The notes under the pieces are model-generated. The model did no database searches, was not told the origin of the DNA, and saw only the letters and a list, made by a program, of their open reading frames with translations. Positions 11,118 through 23,000 of a stretch of 64,000 nt of DNA are shown here, in pieces (position 1 is the stretch's first letter; each line of letters starts with the position of its first letter). The stretch lies in the NCBI GenBank assembly GCA_028534125.1, contig CM052817.1:19718001-19782000 (forward strand), given 5' to 3'. Made by a program: the position numbers and the translations under genes. This DNA comes from Lama glama (lineage: Eukaryota).

Positions 11118-14100
11118 TAATTATTCTGGAAATTAGAGAATTGGATTTATGATTTATAATTTTAAAATTGAAAACTGAGGATACAGTAAAAAAGTGTTTT
11201 GCTTTATCTCAGTGTCCTTCCATTTATGCCATGAAGTAAAGTATGGTTAGTGAAGTAGAATAGAGTTGGATTCCAATATCTGACTCAATTATTTATTGTA
11301 TTGTGGTACTGAACTGGTATCCTAATTGTTTTCTTTTAGACCTGTTAAAAGCCCATGCCTCTCACAGAGTAGAAGTCCAATAAATTATTGTAATCTGACA
11401 TTCTTTTCACAGATATGTATTAAATTTCTTTTAATATATAAAGCATTTCATCTTAGCTTTGCAAAACTCTGGAGCCATTTCCAGCTTTTTCAAAGGAGAG
11501 ATCAAAATACTGGTTCAAGGGGAAAAAAGTTTCCTGGGGACACTGTTGAAAGTGTCTCCCAGATTGGCAATAGTCCTTACCTTGGCCTCATACTGAGAAG
11601 CTTGGCCCAACATATGTGATACTAAACTTATGCACACTCTAACCATTTTGAGTTTCAGTCATTAGATTTCAGAAAACATATGCAAAGTAGTCTCCAAAAA
11701 TCAATTATACAGCAGAATAATACTGATATTGAAATATTAATAAAGGTCCTAAGAGACTGTTCAGTTATTTTTGCTCCAAATATGGTAAATTTCTCCTCAT
11801 GTATTATACATGGTTTAAATTTGTGTAACATAAATAATACATAACTAAGTAATTTATTTATAAGAAATACACATTTTTGTTCATCTTCTCAAGTTCCACA
11901 ACACATTGTTATTCATAATTTTAGATAAACTAATCACCTTGTCAGCTGACTATTGGTCAATGGGCATAAAATGTAAAACCATTAGGATGACTCATATCAA
12001 CTTCTGATAACTGTTCAGAGTCATTAAAATGTTTAATTTCAAAGGAAAGGTAGATATTCATGAATTGATCGTCTTATAATCTAGCCCAATAAATTTTCTT
12101 GTGTAAATCCATTTCATTATTTTGAATTTAGTACAGTGGTAATATAGATAAAATTCTAATACTGAAAAAATATATTTAACAAAATGCAGTATCTAAGCTC
12201 TTCATAGAGTAAGTAATATTCTTTATTTGATTTGAAGAAATAAGCTCTTAGAAATAAGATGCAATGTCTTGACAGACATAATTTTTGCAAGGATAAAGTC
12301 TCATTAGTCTCAAGGAATTCCAAATAAGGATTTCAGAATTCATCAGATTAGCCAATGTTAACAATAGCGTAGTTAAGATTTCTTGGTATATGAACTAATC
12401 TGGAAAAGTCTTAGAGATTATCATTCCAGTGAAATTCTTCCTTCACTTTTACTCTCTGGGAGTTAAAAATAAAAGCAAACTGTGTCCGTGTTCTATTCAG
12501 TCTGAATGCAATCAAATGGGTTTGTTGATTTGAGCCTAACTTTATTCTCACATGAGATGCTATGGAATAAAATCAGAAATAAATTGGCACTGCAGTTACA
12601 ATTCTATTCCCAGCTTTTAACAAGATGTTCATGGGGATTAGTTTTCAATATATTTCAGAAAATGCAGCAAATGCAAGTTAGTATTTTTTGAATTTTTTTC
12701 TTAAATTTCAAAAAAAAAAAAGGCATAAACAGGTGTGTGGGCACAAAAAAACTTTTTTCTTAAGTAAATACCAAATCAAGAAAATGAGTATCCACGTCTG
12801 TGTTAAATTCCAGTCTTCTGGGTTCATCTTCATTTTACTTTCTGCTTTTTTGACTTCCATCAGCCCAGAAAGTGATACAGTTCTAGTCAGCCATCAATAT
12901 GTAAAACCATTCTGGGATAATAATGGTGACAATACTATCAGTAAATCAGTAAATAAATTTATTGAACAATTATAAGATAAAGCCAGTTATTTAACAAAAA
13001 TTTTCATTTAATGGATTCATTTTATAGATTAGTTTTTACTTAATCCACAAAAAAGAAAATGCCTTTAGGAAGTTACTTTTATAGTCTGCATTTTACAAAA
13101 GAAGAAAATATAGAGTGGCCACATGGCACAACAAACTTAAAAGAACTACTACTGCAAAACTGATGTTAAGAAAAAAAAACACTAAAAGAATTGCTTAATT
13201 ATTACATTACATTCATCCTTTATCTCACTTTTACTTTAATTCCTACAGTCAATGATCAAATCTTATTTATCTTTAACATCCCCCAGTACCAATGCCATGT
13301 AAAGTTCATAGTTGATAATACTTGATTGGTGGAAACATGAAATATATTTTTTCTCTCTTCTATTGGTGGAAATATGAAACATACTTTTTCTCAATAGTTA
13401 TGCATTATCAACTGAGTGCTTTACAACAACCTCCTTTGACTAGTTTTCAGTCCTCAGTTGTGAAGGGGTTTCTGTTCTCTGGCAGTAATCTGTTCTGTTG
13501 TCATTAGCTTCATTACTGGCCTTTTGCCTGCGAGGTGGTTGGCATTTCCTCCAGACCCTGCAGGATTCCCATTGGCTAGGTAGCTTTGTCAGCCAGCACG
13601 CCGTCTCTTCCTTTGACTTGATCATGAAATTCCTAATTCCTACCTCAGGAAAGACTCTAGATCTCAGAGTGCAGCAGAAGAAACTGAATCTTGGAGCCCA
13701 AGGAGGGCTCAAGAAATTCAGGGGGCTAAGTAAGTATTTTCCCATTTTTTCAAGTTTCCTGGATTACTATCTAATTCGATTATGCCTGTGAAGGGTAATT
13801 TCTCAAAATTTAATTTTTGCTGATTGGCAATGGGACAAACATGTTCCATGTTTCTTGAGAAAAGAATAAAACTTGGAGTCAAGAGGGTAAACAATACATT
13901 CATTACAGGGAAGCTACAAAATCACCTTCATATGACTTTCTCTACCTTTTGCTGCCTTTCCTTATTACTCTCTCTCCCTTCCCCTCCTGCCTCCCCCCTC
14001 TTCTTCATTCTCTTCCTCCTCTTTTTTTGCTTCCATCTCTATCTGCTTATCTGCAAACACACACACACACATGCATATGTACACATTTCCATATAGATAT

Positions 14101-14748
14101 GAAGACTGATTGGTAAGTGTAAATGGATAGATAGGTAGGTAGATGGATAGATGGATAGATACATAAACCAGAGTATTCTGCTGCTTCATTATTTTTATAG
14201 AAGCCAACAAAGATCAGAATAATTCATCAGAGGACAAGTAATCACACATTCTAAAACCAGGTGCTTGAGAGACTATGAGGAATAGACTGAAGACTGTGAA
14301 ACTGCTTTTACTTACAATATCCCTTACCTCAGCCTAGGCTACTTAAACAAAGCTGAAAAATTCACTGGAAGGTTGAAGGAACTGATAGCTAAAGTTTCCT
14401 TAGAGATATTAAAGTGCATTGTGATCCCCTTGCAGAGTTTGAGGAAACAAGTAGTGGTATTTGGAACTAGCCTGAGACAAAAGAGCAAAGGGAGAAAAAA
14501 TTCCATTAGCAAAAAGCTGTACTTACAGGTTCTGCCAGGTTCAGCAACAGGTCTCTGACAGAACTTACTGTGGATTAATTTGGGGGAAAGAAAACAAGAA
14601 GTCCTATCCAAGACAGATCCATGATGCTTTGTGACCTTACTGGAAAGTGGCTTGAGGTGGAACATTCAATATGGAGCTGATAGGTTGTAAGTTACCAGCT
14701 GGAGTGATATTTCCAGCAAAAGGAGCAGTAGGCAAGAGATTCCCAACA

Positions 14749-14795
14749 GTGTGTGTGTGCGTGTGTGAGTGTGCATGCGTGTGTGTGTGTGTGTG
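14749..14795. repeat. Imperfect (TG)n microsatellite
   Basis: gtgtgtgtgtgcgtgtgtgagtgtgcatgcgtgtgtgtgtgtgtgtg. Confidence 0.9.
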
Positions 14796-16095
14796 AAATA
14801 ATACAAGCTCCCTCTGAAAGAAAGGATTAATAAATATTTGGTATCAGCCACACCCAGATTACAACTGTAAGCAGTTCATTAAAAACATTCGTGTCCCTTT
14901 TCTTTCCCATCTGTTCAACCCCTGCTCAGGAGTTGCATTTAAACAGCAGCTGAGTGAGAGAAAAAGGAGATGAATTGAGAAATAGAGAAGGGAAGGAGAC
15001 AACTTCACTTTCTTCCTCACTGTAAGTTTCTCGGGCTGAGATTGACTCAAGCTACACAAGGGATAAATATACACATGAGATTGTGACGTGTTTATATTTC
15101 TGGGCTGAAATTAGTACCTGGCAAAGCGGAGAGTCACTTATTATCTGGGAGTGATCACAAAAGTTACGAGGCAGGCCAGGGATTGGAGGAGTAGGAGTGG
15201 AGCCGAGTGGGATCGGAGGAAGGAGAAAGACCATTAATAAGGAAAATAAAGCAGCCATTTGAAAGGGCAAAGAATTACTCCGTTTGACCCCTACACAGCA
15301 CAGCTCATTCAGTTATATGCATAATCATGATTACGATGTGCCATTCGCTGGGCTAAGTGCTTTATATACATTATCTTTTTTAAAATTCTATTAAATTTAA
15401 ACTTAACTGGCAAACATTGTCTTACTTGGTAATTAAAACACCATTATGGAAGAAAAGCAACTAGAACACCGTAAGCACAGTCTTTATTGGCAAATGGTGG
15501 GCATAAAAAGGCTCTGGAGGGGCGTTCAGACTTGAGGAAGGTGGGGAAACACGGGGCTTCAGCAGGAGGATGTCCATTGAAGCTCAGCTAGTTTCAAAAA
15601 AGTGACTAGCAGAATTGTTTTTGAGGACTAGTAGCTATTGTTTACTTATCAAGAGTGGTGAAGAGAAGTCCTATGCAAGAAAGGTTAGTAAGAAACTGAT
15701 GCAGGACACAAAATCTTGGGAAGGTGAAGTCTTCAGAGGAAAATTCTCCAGCACCCTAAGCGTCACTCACGTGGCTTTCATATCAGCAAAACTTTAGAAT
15801 TTATTGTCCCATCATGAAAAAAAAAATGCTTTGGAGGACTGGTTTTAACTTTTAGATACATTGGCAATAGTGAAAGAGAATTATTTTAAAGACAAATATT
15901 TTTTTTCATAGTATCTTTTTCAAGCCAAGTTAATTTTATTTGGAAAATTAACATGCCAAAGATTCAAAAAATTCTTCCAGTCTTGGGGGAAAATGTTTCG
16001 AAAGGTTAAGGGTGCTGATTTTGTGTTGTTTATCCCAAAACCAGGCTCAGAAATTCTTTTTCCTATTGTGGGAGCCCATGACTGGGTTAACAAAT

Positions 16096-16768
16096 TGTAA
16101 CAGACCCCAGCCACTTGTCTCCTTAAAGAAGAGCAAATGTGCTTAGTAACTGCCTTGCTTGCATAGTTGAGGTTTTAGATAGCACTCTGCTCCTTGCAAA
16201 GCAACGACCCAGGCCCTCGGCTATAAACGCTGGGCGTGCCTGCTGTTAGACAGTCTTCTATCCCCAAAGCAAGGAACTGGCTGGGCTGGTGGTCTGCTTT
16301 AACATATCTATAAGAATGTATCTTGCTCCCCTCTTCCCATGACTTCCCTAAAGGTAAACTGTAGGCCCCCAAGGGAACGAGTTGGGCCGGAATGGTAAAC
16401 AAGTTATAAAAAGCTGCAGACTCAGAGGTGAGAAGGCTGGTTAGCCAATGACGGGTAAGACCCCAGAGGGGGGCAACCTAAGACAGGCACAGCCCCCCCG
16501 AGTCCAAGAAAAAGGTTAAGCAGCTTCTTCTCAGACGTTCCGCCCTGATAAGCTGTAAGGCTCGCTGATGCCAACACGAACATGACTTACCAAAGGATAC
16601 AGGGTCTTCTGACCTTGAGCCAGACTCTGCAGTCTCGATCCCACCCTGTCTTTCCCTAAATTCCTGCATTCCATCACACAATTGTCAATGATTTCTCCTT
16701 TGATTGTACACAATAAATGTGGGGGCATTTGAGAGGTTTGTGGAGTTGGCTCCCAACTCCCTCTCTCT
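16096..16768 (+). mobile_element. Young CpG-rich LTR, probably ERV2/betaretrovirus-like, 3' end lost in gap
   Basis: Starts TGTAACA after AT-rich flank with no upstream polypurine tract (so a 5' or solo LTR). About 13 CpGs by eye, TATAAAAA at 16405, AATAAA at 16712, and a type D retroviral CTE motif pair. Confidence 0.75.
16435..16494 (+). promoter_or_regulatory. Half-CTE (NXF1/TAP-binding RNA export element) stem-loop
   Basis: GCCAATGACGGGTAAGA (16444-16460) and AACCTAAGACAGGC (16475-16488) match the two conserved loop strands of the MPMV/SRV CTE. Closed by a GGCTG/CAGCC stem and capped by a CCCC-AGAG-GGGG hairpin. Confidence 0.85.
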
Positions 16769-16868
16769 NNNNNNNNNNNNNNNNNNNNNNNNNNNNNNNN
16801 NNNNNNNNNNNNNNNNNNNNNNNNNNNNNNNNNNNNNNNNNNNNNNNNNNNNNNNNNNNNNNNNNNNN
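16769..16868. other. Assembly gap (100 N)
   Basis: Run of N. Confidence 1.
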
Positions 16869-17053
16869 CATTCCTTAGCTCAGGACAGTTTATAAGCCTC
16901 AACTGCCTGACTTGCCTTTGGGTCTCATATCTTAGGGATCCTGTATATAAAATATTAAATTTGTTTTTCTGCTGTTCATCTGTCTTGTATTAATTTAACT
17001 ATTAGATCACCCAAAGAACCTAAAAGGGTAGAGATAATGTCTTTCCTCCCTCA
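16869..17053 (+). mobile_element. MER34-like ERV1 LTR, 3' half
   Basis: tataagcctcaactgcctgac...attaaatttgtttttctgctgttcatctgtcttg...aaagaacctaaaagggtagag...ttcctccctca. Confidence 0.75.
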
Positions 17054-17098
17054 GATTTGTCACTATGATCTCTAGTTTTTCAACCACATTCCTTAAAC

Positions 17099-17129
<31 letters not shown>

Positions 17130-17609
17130 ATATTTTGAGAGCAATTTTTACAAACTGGCCCAAACCAAGACATACCACTTTAAGCAAATATAAAGGGGGT
17201 GAAAAGAAAAAGTAACAAGTATGCAAGACTCCTCTACCTATTTAAAAACATTTAAAATATGAATTTTCCCCAGAATGTAGATAAGAACAAGGTGGGAATT
17301 TTCTAGCTATTTACAGATAGGAAAATTTATATCTACACGATAAGGACTAGTATTCTGCAAATGTTTTCTATTTTTATGCTTCATGTAAAAAATATGTTTC
17401 AAAACATTGGTAGATACTTTATCGTTCTCTAACGATGCATGCAGTCTGATCATATCTTATACTTGATCTTAGAAACAGGATGGTATTTATATGGTGACGG
17501 CTCAAAGAACCAGCTCTTATCAAATATAAAAGATTGATTTTGTGATCCACCATTATGTTAGGTAATGTCAAGAAAAGAAAAAAATGCTGATAATTAGAAC
17601 ACAATGTTT

Positions 17610-18029
17610 TGTCGACTGAAAACAAAAATGCATGACCTAAAAGCTGAGAGTTTCATTTCTGAGGACAAGTTCAAGATGTTACGTCTCAAATGGCTCTTAG
17701 AGACTTACTCAAAAGAGGTAGCGGGGAGTCCAGGATATAGAGGAGTTTTTTCAACAAAGACAAAGTAGTCGGAGCATTAAAATTAAATTAAAGAAGGCCA
17801 GATATCACAAGTCAAGGAATTTAGCGCTTTTCTTTGTATAGGAACATGTAAAAATCCGGGGTTACTGAAATCATCCTTTTAATAGGCACCTACCTATCTA
17901 GAGCCAGTATCCGGTTCTTTCTCTATCTTAGTTCTCTCTGGCTCACCCTGCGGGGCGGCAGTAGTGGCTAATGACTTGACCACAGCATCCTTTGTTTACT
18001 GATATGGCAAGCAGTATTTTTCATTCACA
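17610..18029 (-). mobile_element. ERV1-class solo LTR
   Basis: TG...CA termini and 4-bp TSD GTTT (17606-17609 / 18030-18033). Minus strand begins TGTGAATGAAAAATACTGCTTGCCATATCAGTAAACAAAGGATG. Confidence 0.88.
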
Positions 18030-18159
18030 GTTTTCTTATCATTTAGAATTTTTTTCTGTTTTTTAGACTCATTTTGATACGTTTTTATCATATATCAAAC
18101 TCGAGCACATGTAAAATGAAAATACAAGTAAAATAAATAATGGTTAAAGCATTCCAGAA

Positions 18160-18480
18160 ATATCTGTTCGTTCAGCATTTGATATTTCTGAATCACACTG
18201 TCTCACAGTGGTCAATGCCAGTTTTTCCACATAGCATTGTTCTCTGTGCCATCAAAGCATCTGCAAAGTAACATTTCCTAAAAGAGTGTCCCACCATTTT
18301 CTTTAGGATGTTCTTTCAAACTGATAAACCCTGTGCTGCAAGTTTGGATTCGCAAGCACCTGCTTTGTCAGTGAAAATGGCATCAAACTGCTGCCTGGAT
18401 GGTTGTGATTGTAAACTGTCCTGGATTTTGTAGCTGTTTAATGTGAAAAATGTGCACCTTGGAACTTATAAAATATTGTA
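18160..18480 (-). mobile_element. Kanga/MER104-like TcMar-Tc2 DNA transposon relic with decayed transposase fragment
   Basis: Terminus tgtgaaaaatgtgcaccttggaacttataaaatattgta resembles the MER104/Kanga inverted repeat. The minus strand translates SKLAAQGLSV*KNILKKMVGHSFRKCYFADAL/DGTE, like the pogo/Tc2 transposase C-terminal motif. Confidence 0.7.
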
Positions 18481-19588
18481 GGAGCGCTTAATAGTGTCTT
18501 TCAAATGCTCTCTTAGAAAAAAGGAACACCTTACATTTCCTCAGGACTTGATTTAGGATGTAAAATGCTGGGAACAAAGTAGCATTTGCATTTGAAAGAT
18601 TTTCATTTAATTCCTCAGTTGTAATGCAGGGAAAAAGTATCGAAATCTTATTCATTCTGTGCTTTCTTACACTGTGGTTCTTTATTTTTTACGTTATTAT
18701 TCTTTTCTTTTTGTCTTTCCTTTGTCTCTTTTGTTTCCTCTAGTCTTCTTTTTCTTACCTTTGACTATCCAAAGAAAATGAGAGACTTTAAGAATGGCAT
18801 TCACCTCTGAGAGCATAAAAAACAGTTCCTAATATAAAATAATTAAAATAATTATTAAACATGAAAAACCACCTTTACTGTTGACTTTTAAGTTAACCAA
18901 GCTTTTTTTCTTCCTCAGCTGCTAAAAAGGATTCAAAATTTATTTGCTCTGCCTGCTTCCCTAGCGGTCTCTGAAGAAGTTCAACCTTCCTTGTTAATTC
19001 CTTGGAGCTAACAAATTCTGAATTCTTCAATTGTCAGTGATCAATTGGGAAAGGACACATAAGAATAATAAGTACTTGAACTAGGCAGATTTTAAAAAGA
19101 CAGAAAGCCTGAAAAAGTTACACCGCTTATGACATACTGCATATTTAAGAAGTACCACTGTGTTCTGTGTATTTCCTCTCTGCTTATTTAGAAACTGTCT
19201 GTAAGAAACTTGAGCCATTGCGGAAGTAATCTGCGTTATTTTTTATGTTGTTTTGATGAATACACCGTAATGAGAAGTTGGCCATGTGGGTCACAAGTTT
19301 GTAAGTGGTACAAAGAGTCCCAGCTGCAAAGGCATCTAGAGAGCATCTCATGAGGGAAACAGGCAGTACTCCCCTTAATAGAATTGTGGGGAGTATGGCA
19401 AACTGGAAAGGACTTGTTCCAGTGAAAACTATTCAAATTCAAACATTTGCTTAAGGCTTTGGACATACAAAATTGCAGCCTCAACAAAATAAATTGTAGC
19501 CTCAATTCAATTGAAGGTACACCGTGTGAAACTTAGACATTACACAAATTATTTTTTAAAAGTAACTTTTCGATTACACTTGCTGTAG

Positions 19589-20050
19589 TGTTACCAGATC
19601 TGTTCCAGGTCTTTGCTCAAAACCCTCCAACCCCCACCTTTCGCTGGAGTGCCCTTGCTCACAACTCTCCCACCACCATTAGCAGGAGTATTCCTGCTCA
19701 AAACCTGCCAACCCCGCCCCCACCGCCATTTAGCATTTACTTTTAAGTTAAAGAGTTCAGAGATAAGAAAGGAAGCTACAAACAAATGAACAAACAAAAA
19801 CAGATGGAACCAGCTGGGACCAAGATGATGACAAATCTGAACAGACTCTGAGTCTCATTACAGGCTGACTTTACTACATTCACATATTAAACACATCTAC
19901 CGGCTGCCATGACCTGACATTAAGAACCAAAAAACGGATAAAAAGAGAATGGTACCCCACTACCTGGAAAAAGTCCTTCCCTTTTCATGGTAGACAATGC
20001 ATTTGCCTCCTCATCATTAGCCTCATACCTCCTCCTTTTGTCTTCACCAT
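19589..20050 (+). mobile_element. MER41-like ERV1 LTR, 5' portion truncated by an L1
   Basis: Starts TGTTACC. gggaccaagatgatgac, ctaccggctgccatgac and aaaaagagaatggtaccccactacctggaa are colinear with MER41 U3 as recalled. Confidence 0.65.
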
Positions 20051-23000
20051 TTATTTTTTTCAGTTTTTAAATTTATCTATTTATTGAAGATTAGTTGATT
20101 TACAATGTTGTGTTAGTTTCTGGTGTACAGCATAGTAATTTACTTATACACATATATTTATATTCTTTTTCCTGTTCTTTTTCATTATAGGTTATTACAA
20201 GATATTGAATATAGTTCCCTGTGCTATACAGTATAACTTGGTTGTGTATCTCTTTTATATACAGTACTTAGTACCTGCTAATCCCAAATTTTTAATATAC
20301 CCTTTCCCCTTCTTTCCCCTTTGATAACTATAAGTTTGTTTTCTAAATCTGTGCATCACTTTTTAGATTCTACATAAAAGTGGTATCATATGATATTTGT
20401 CTTTCTTTGTCTAACTTACTTCACTTAGTATGATAATCTCCATGTCTATGTTGCTGCAGATGGCATTATTTAATTCTTTTTTATGGCTGGGTAGTATTCC
20501 ACTGAGTGTCTATGTGTGTGTGTGCATGTGTATGTGTATATATATATGAATATGTGGTCTATATATATAGCTCAAATTGTCTTTATCCAATCATTTGTCA
20601 ATAGATACTTTGCTTCCATATCTTGGATATTATAAATAGTGCTTCTATGAAGTTTGGGATGCATGTATCTTCAAATTAGGGTTTTCTCCAGATATATGCC
20701 CAGAAGCGGGATTGCTGAATCATATGGTAACTCTACTTTTAGTTTTTTAAAGAATTCCCATACTGTTTTCCATAGAGGCTGCCCCAGAAAACATTCCCAT
20801 CAACAGTGTAGGAAGATTCTCTTCTCCACACCTTCTCTAGCATTCATTGTTTATAGACTTTTTAATGGTAATATTTATGATCCATGTGTGGTGATAATTC
20901 ATGAAGTTTTGCTTCTCATTTCTCTGATAATTAGCAATATTGAGCACCTCTTCATGTGCCTATTGGCTATCTATATGTCTTCTTTGAAAAAAATGTCTGT
21001 TTAGGTCTTCTGCCCATTTTTTTATTGAGTTATTTGTTTTTTGTTATTGAGTTGTATGAGCTGTTTGTATATTCTGGAAATCAAGCCCTTGTTAGTACAT
21101 TCTTTTCAAATATTTTCTTCCAATCCATAGTTTGTCTTTTAATTTTGTTAATGGTTTCCTTTGTTGTGTAAACGCTTATAAGTTGGGTTAGGTCCCATTT
21201 GTTTATTTTTGCTTTTATTTCTATTGCCTTGGGAGACTGACCTAGGAGACCATTGCTAAAATTTGTCAGAGAATGTTTTGCCTATGATCTTTTATAGGAG
21301 ATTCATTGTGTTCTGTCTTATGTTTAAATCTTTAAGCCATTTTGATTTTGTGTGTGTGTGTGTGTATGGTGCGATGGAGTGTTCTAACTTCATTGATTTA
21401 CATGAGGTTGTCCAGCTTTCCTAACCACTTTCCAAAGAAACTATCTTTTCTCTATTGTATATTCTTGCTTCCATTGTCAAAGATTAATTAATCATAGGTG
21501 TATGGGTTAATTTCTGGGCTCTCTATTTTGTTCCATTGATCCATGTCTGTTTTTGTACCAATACCATGCTGTTTTGATTACTCTAGCTCTGTAATATTGT
21601 CTGAAGTTTGGGAAGGTTATTCCTCTAGCTTCAATCTCTTTCTTCAGTATTACTTTAGCAATTCTGGGTCTTATGTGATTCTGTATAAATTTTAGGAATA
21701 TTTGTTCTAGTTCTTTGAAAACTGTCCCTGGTAATTTGATAGGGATCACAATAAATCTGTAGATTGCTTTGGGTAGGATAGCCATTTTAATAACATTAAT
21801 TCTTCCAATCCAAAAGCATGGGATATCTTTCCGTTTTGTTAAAGCATCTTTAATTTATTTTATCGGTGTTTTAGAATTCTCAGCATATAAGTCCTTTATC
21901 TCCTTGGTCAGGTTTATTCCTAAATATTGTTTTGATCTAATTTTTAAAAGGGATTTTCTTTTAACTTTCCTTTTCTGATATTTCATTGTTCATGTAAAGA
22001 AAAGCAACAGATTTCTGTATGTTAGTCTTGTATCCTGCTACCTTGCTGAATTTTTTTTTTAATCAACTCTAGTAGTTTTTGTGTGGCATCTTTAGGGTTT
22101 CCTATATATAGTGTCATGTCATCCACATATAGTGACAATTTTACCTCTTCCCTTCCAGTTTGGATCCCTCTTGTTTCTTTTTCTTGTTCTTATTGCTGTG
22201 GCTAAGACTTCTGATGCTATGTTAAATAGAAGTCATGAGTGTAGGCATACTTGTCTTGTTCCAGATTTTAATAGGAAGTCTTTCAACTTTTCAACATTGA
22301 GTATTATGTTGGCTGTTGGTTTGTTATAAATAGCTTTTACTATGTTGAGATATATTCCCAAGGAATTTTTATCATGAATGGATGTTGAATTTTATCAACA
22401 GATTTTCCTGCATCTATTGAGAAAATCATGTGATTTTTGTTGATGTGGTGCATTTCGTTAATTAACTTATGTGTGTTAAACCAGCTTTGTGACTGGGATG
22501 AATCCAACTAGATTGCAATGTGTGAACTTTTAGATGTGTTTTTGGATTAGGTTTGCTAATATTTCACTGAGAATTTTTGCATCTATATTCATCAATGATA
22601 TTAGCCTGCAATTTTCTTTTATGGTAGTGTCTTTGTCAGGTTCTGGTATAAGAGTGATGGTGACTTCCTAGGATGAGTTTGGGAGTGTTTCCTCCTCTTC
22701 AGTCTTTTGGAAGAGTTTGAGAAGGATCAATATAAGTGCTTCTTAGTGTTTTTGGTAGAATTCCCCTGTGAAGCCGTTTGATCCTGGACTTTTATTTGCA
22801 GGGAGTTTTTTGTTTGTTTGTTTGTTTGCTTGAATTACAGGTTCTATTTTACTTCTAGTGATCAGTCTGTCCAAATTATCTATTTCTTCTTGATTCAGCT
22901 TTGGTGGAGTGTATGTTTCTAGAAACTTGTCCATTTATTCTAGGTTATCCAGTTTGTTGGCATAATTGTTCATAGTATTCTCTTATGATTTTTTGTATAT

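Noticed and set aside
16444..16455. Reading CCAATGACG as only a CCAAT box plus half-CRE
   Set aside because: Does not explain the downstream partner strand AACCTAAGACAGG or the nested complementary stems, which together match the CTE.
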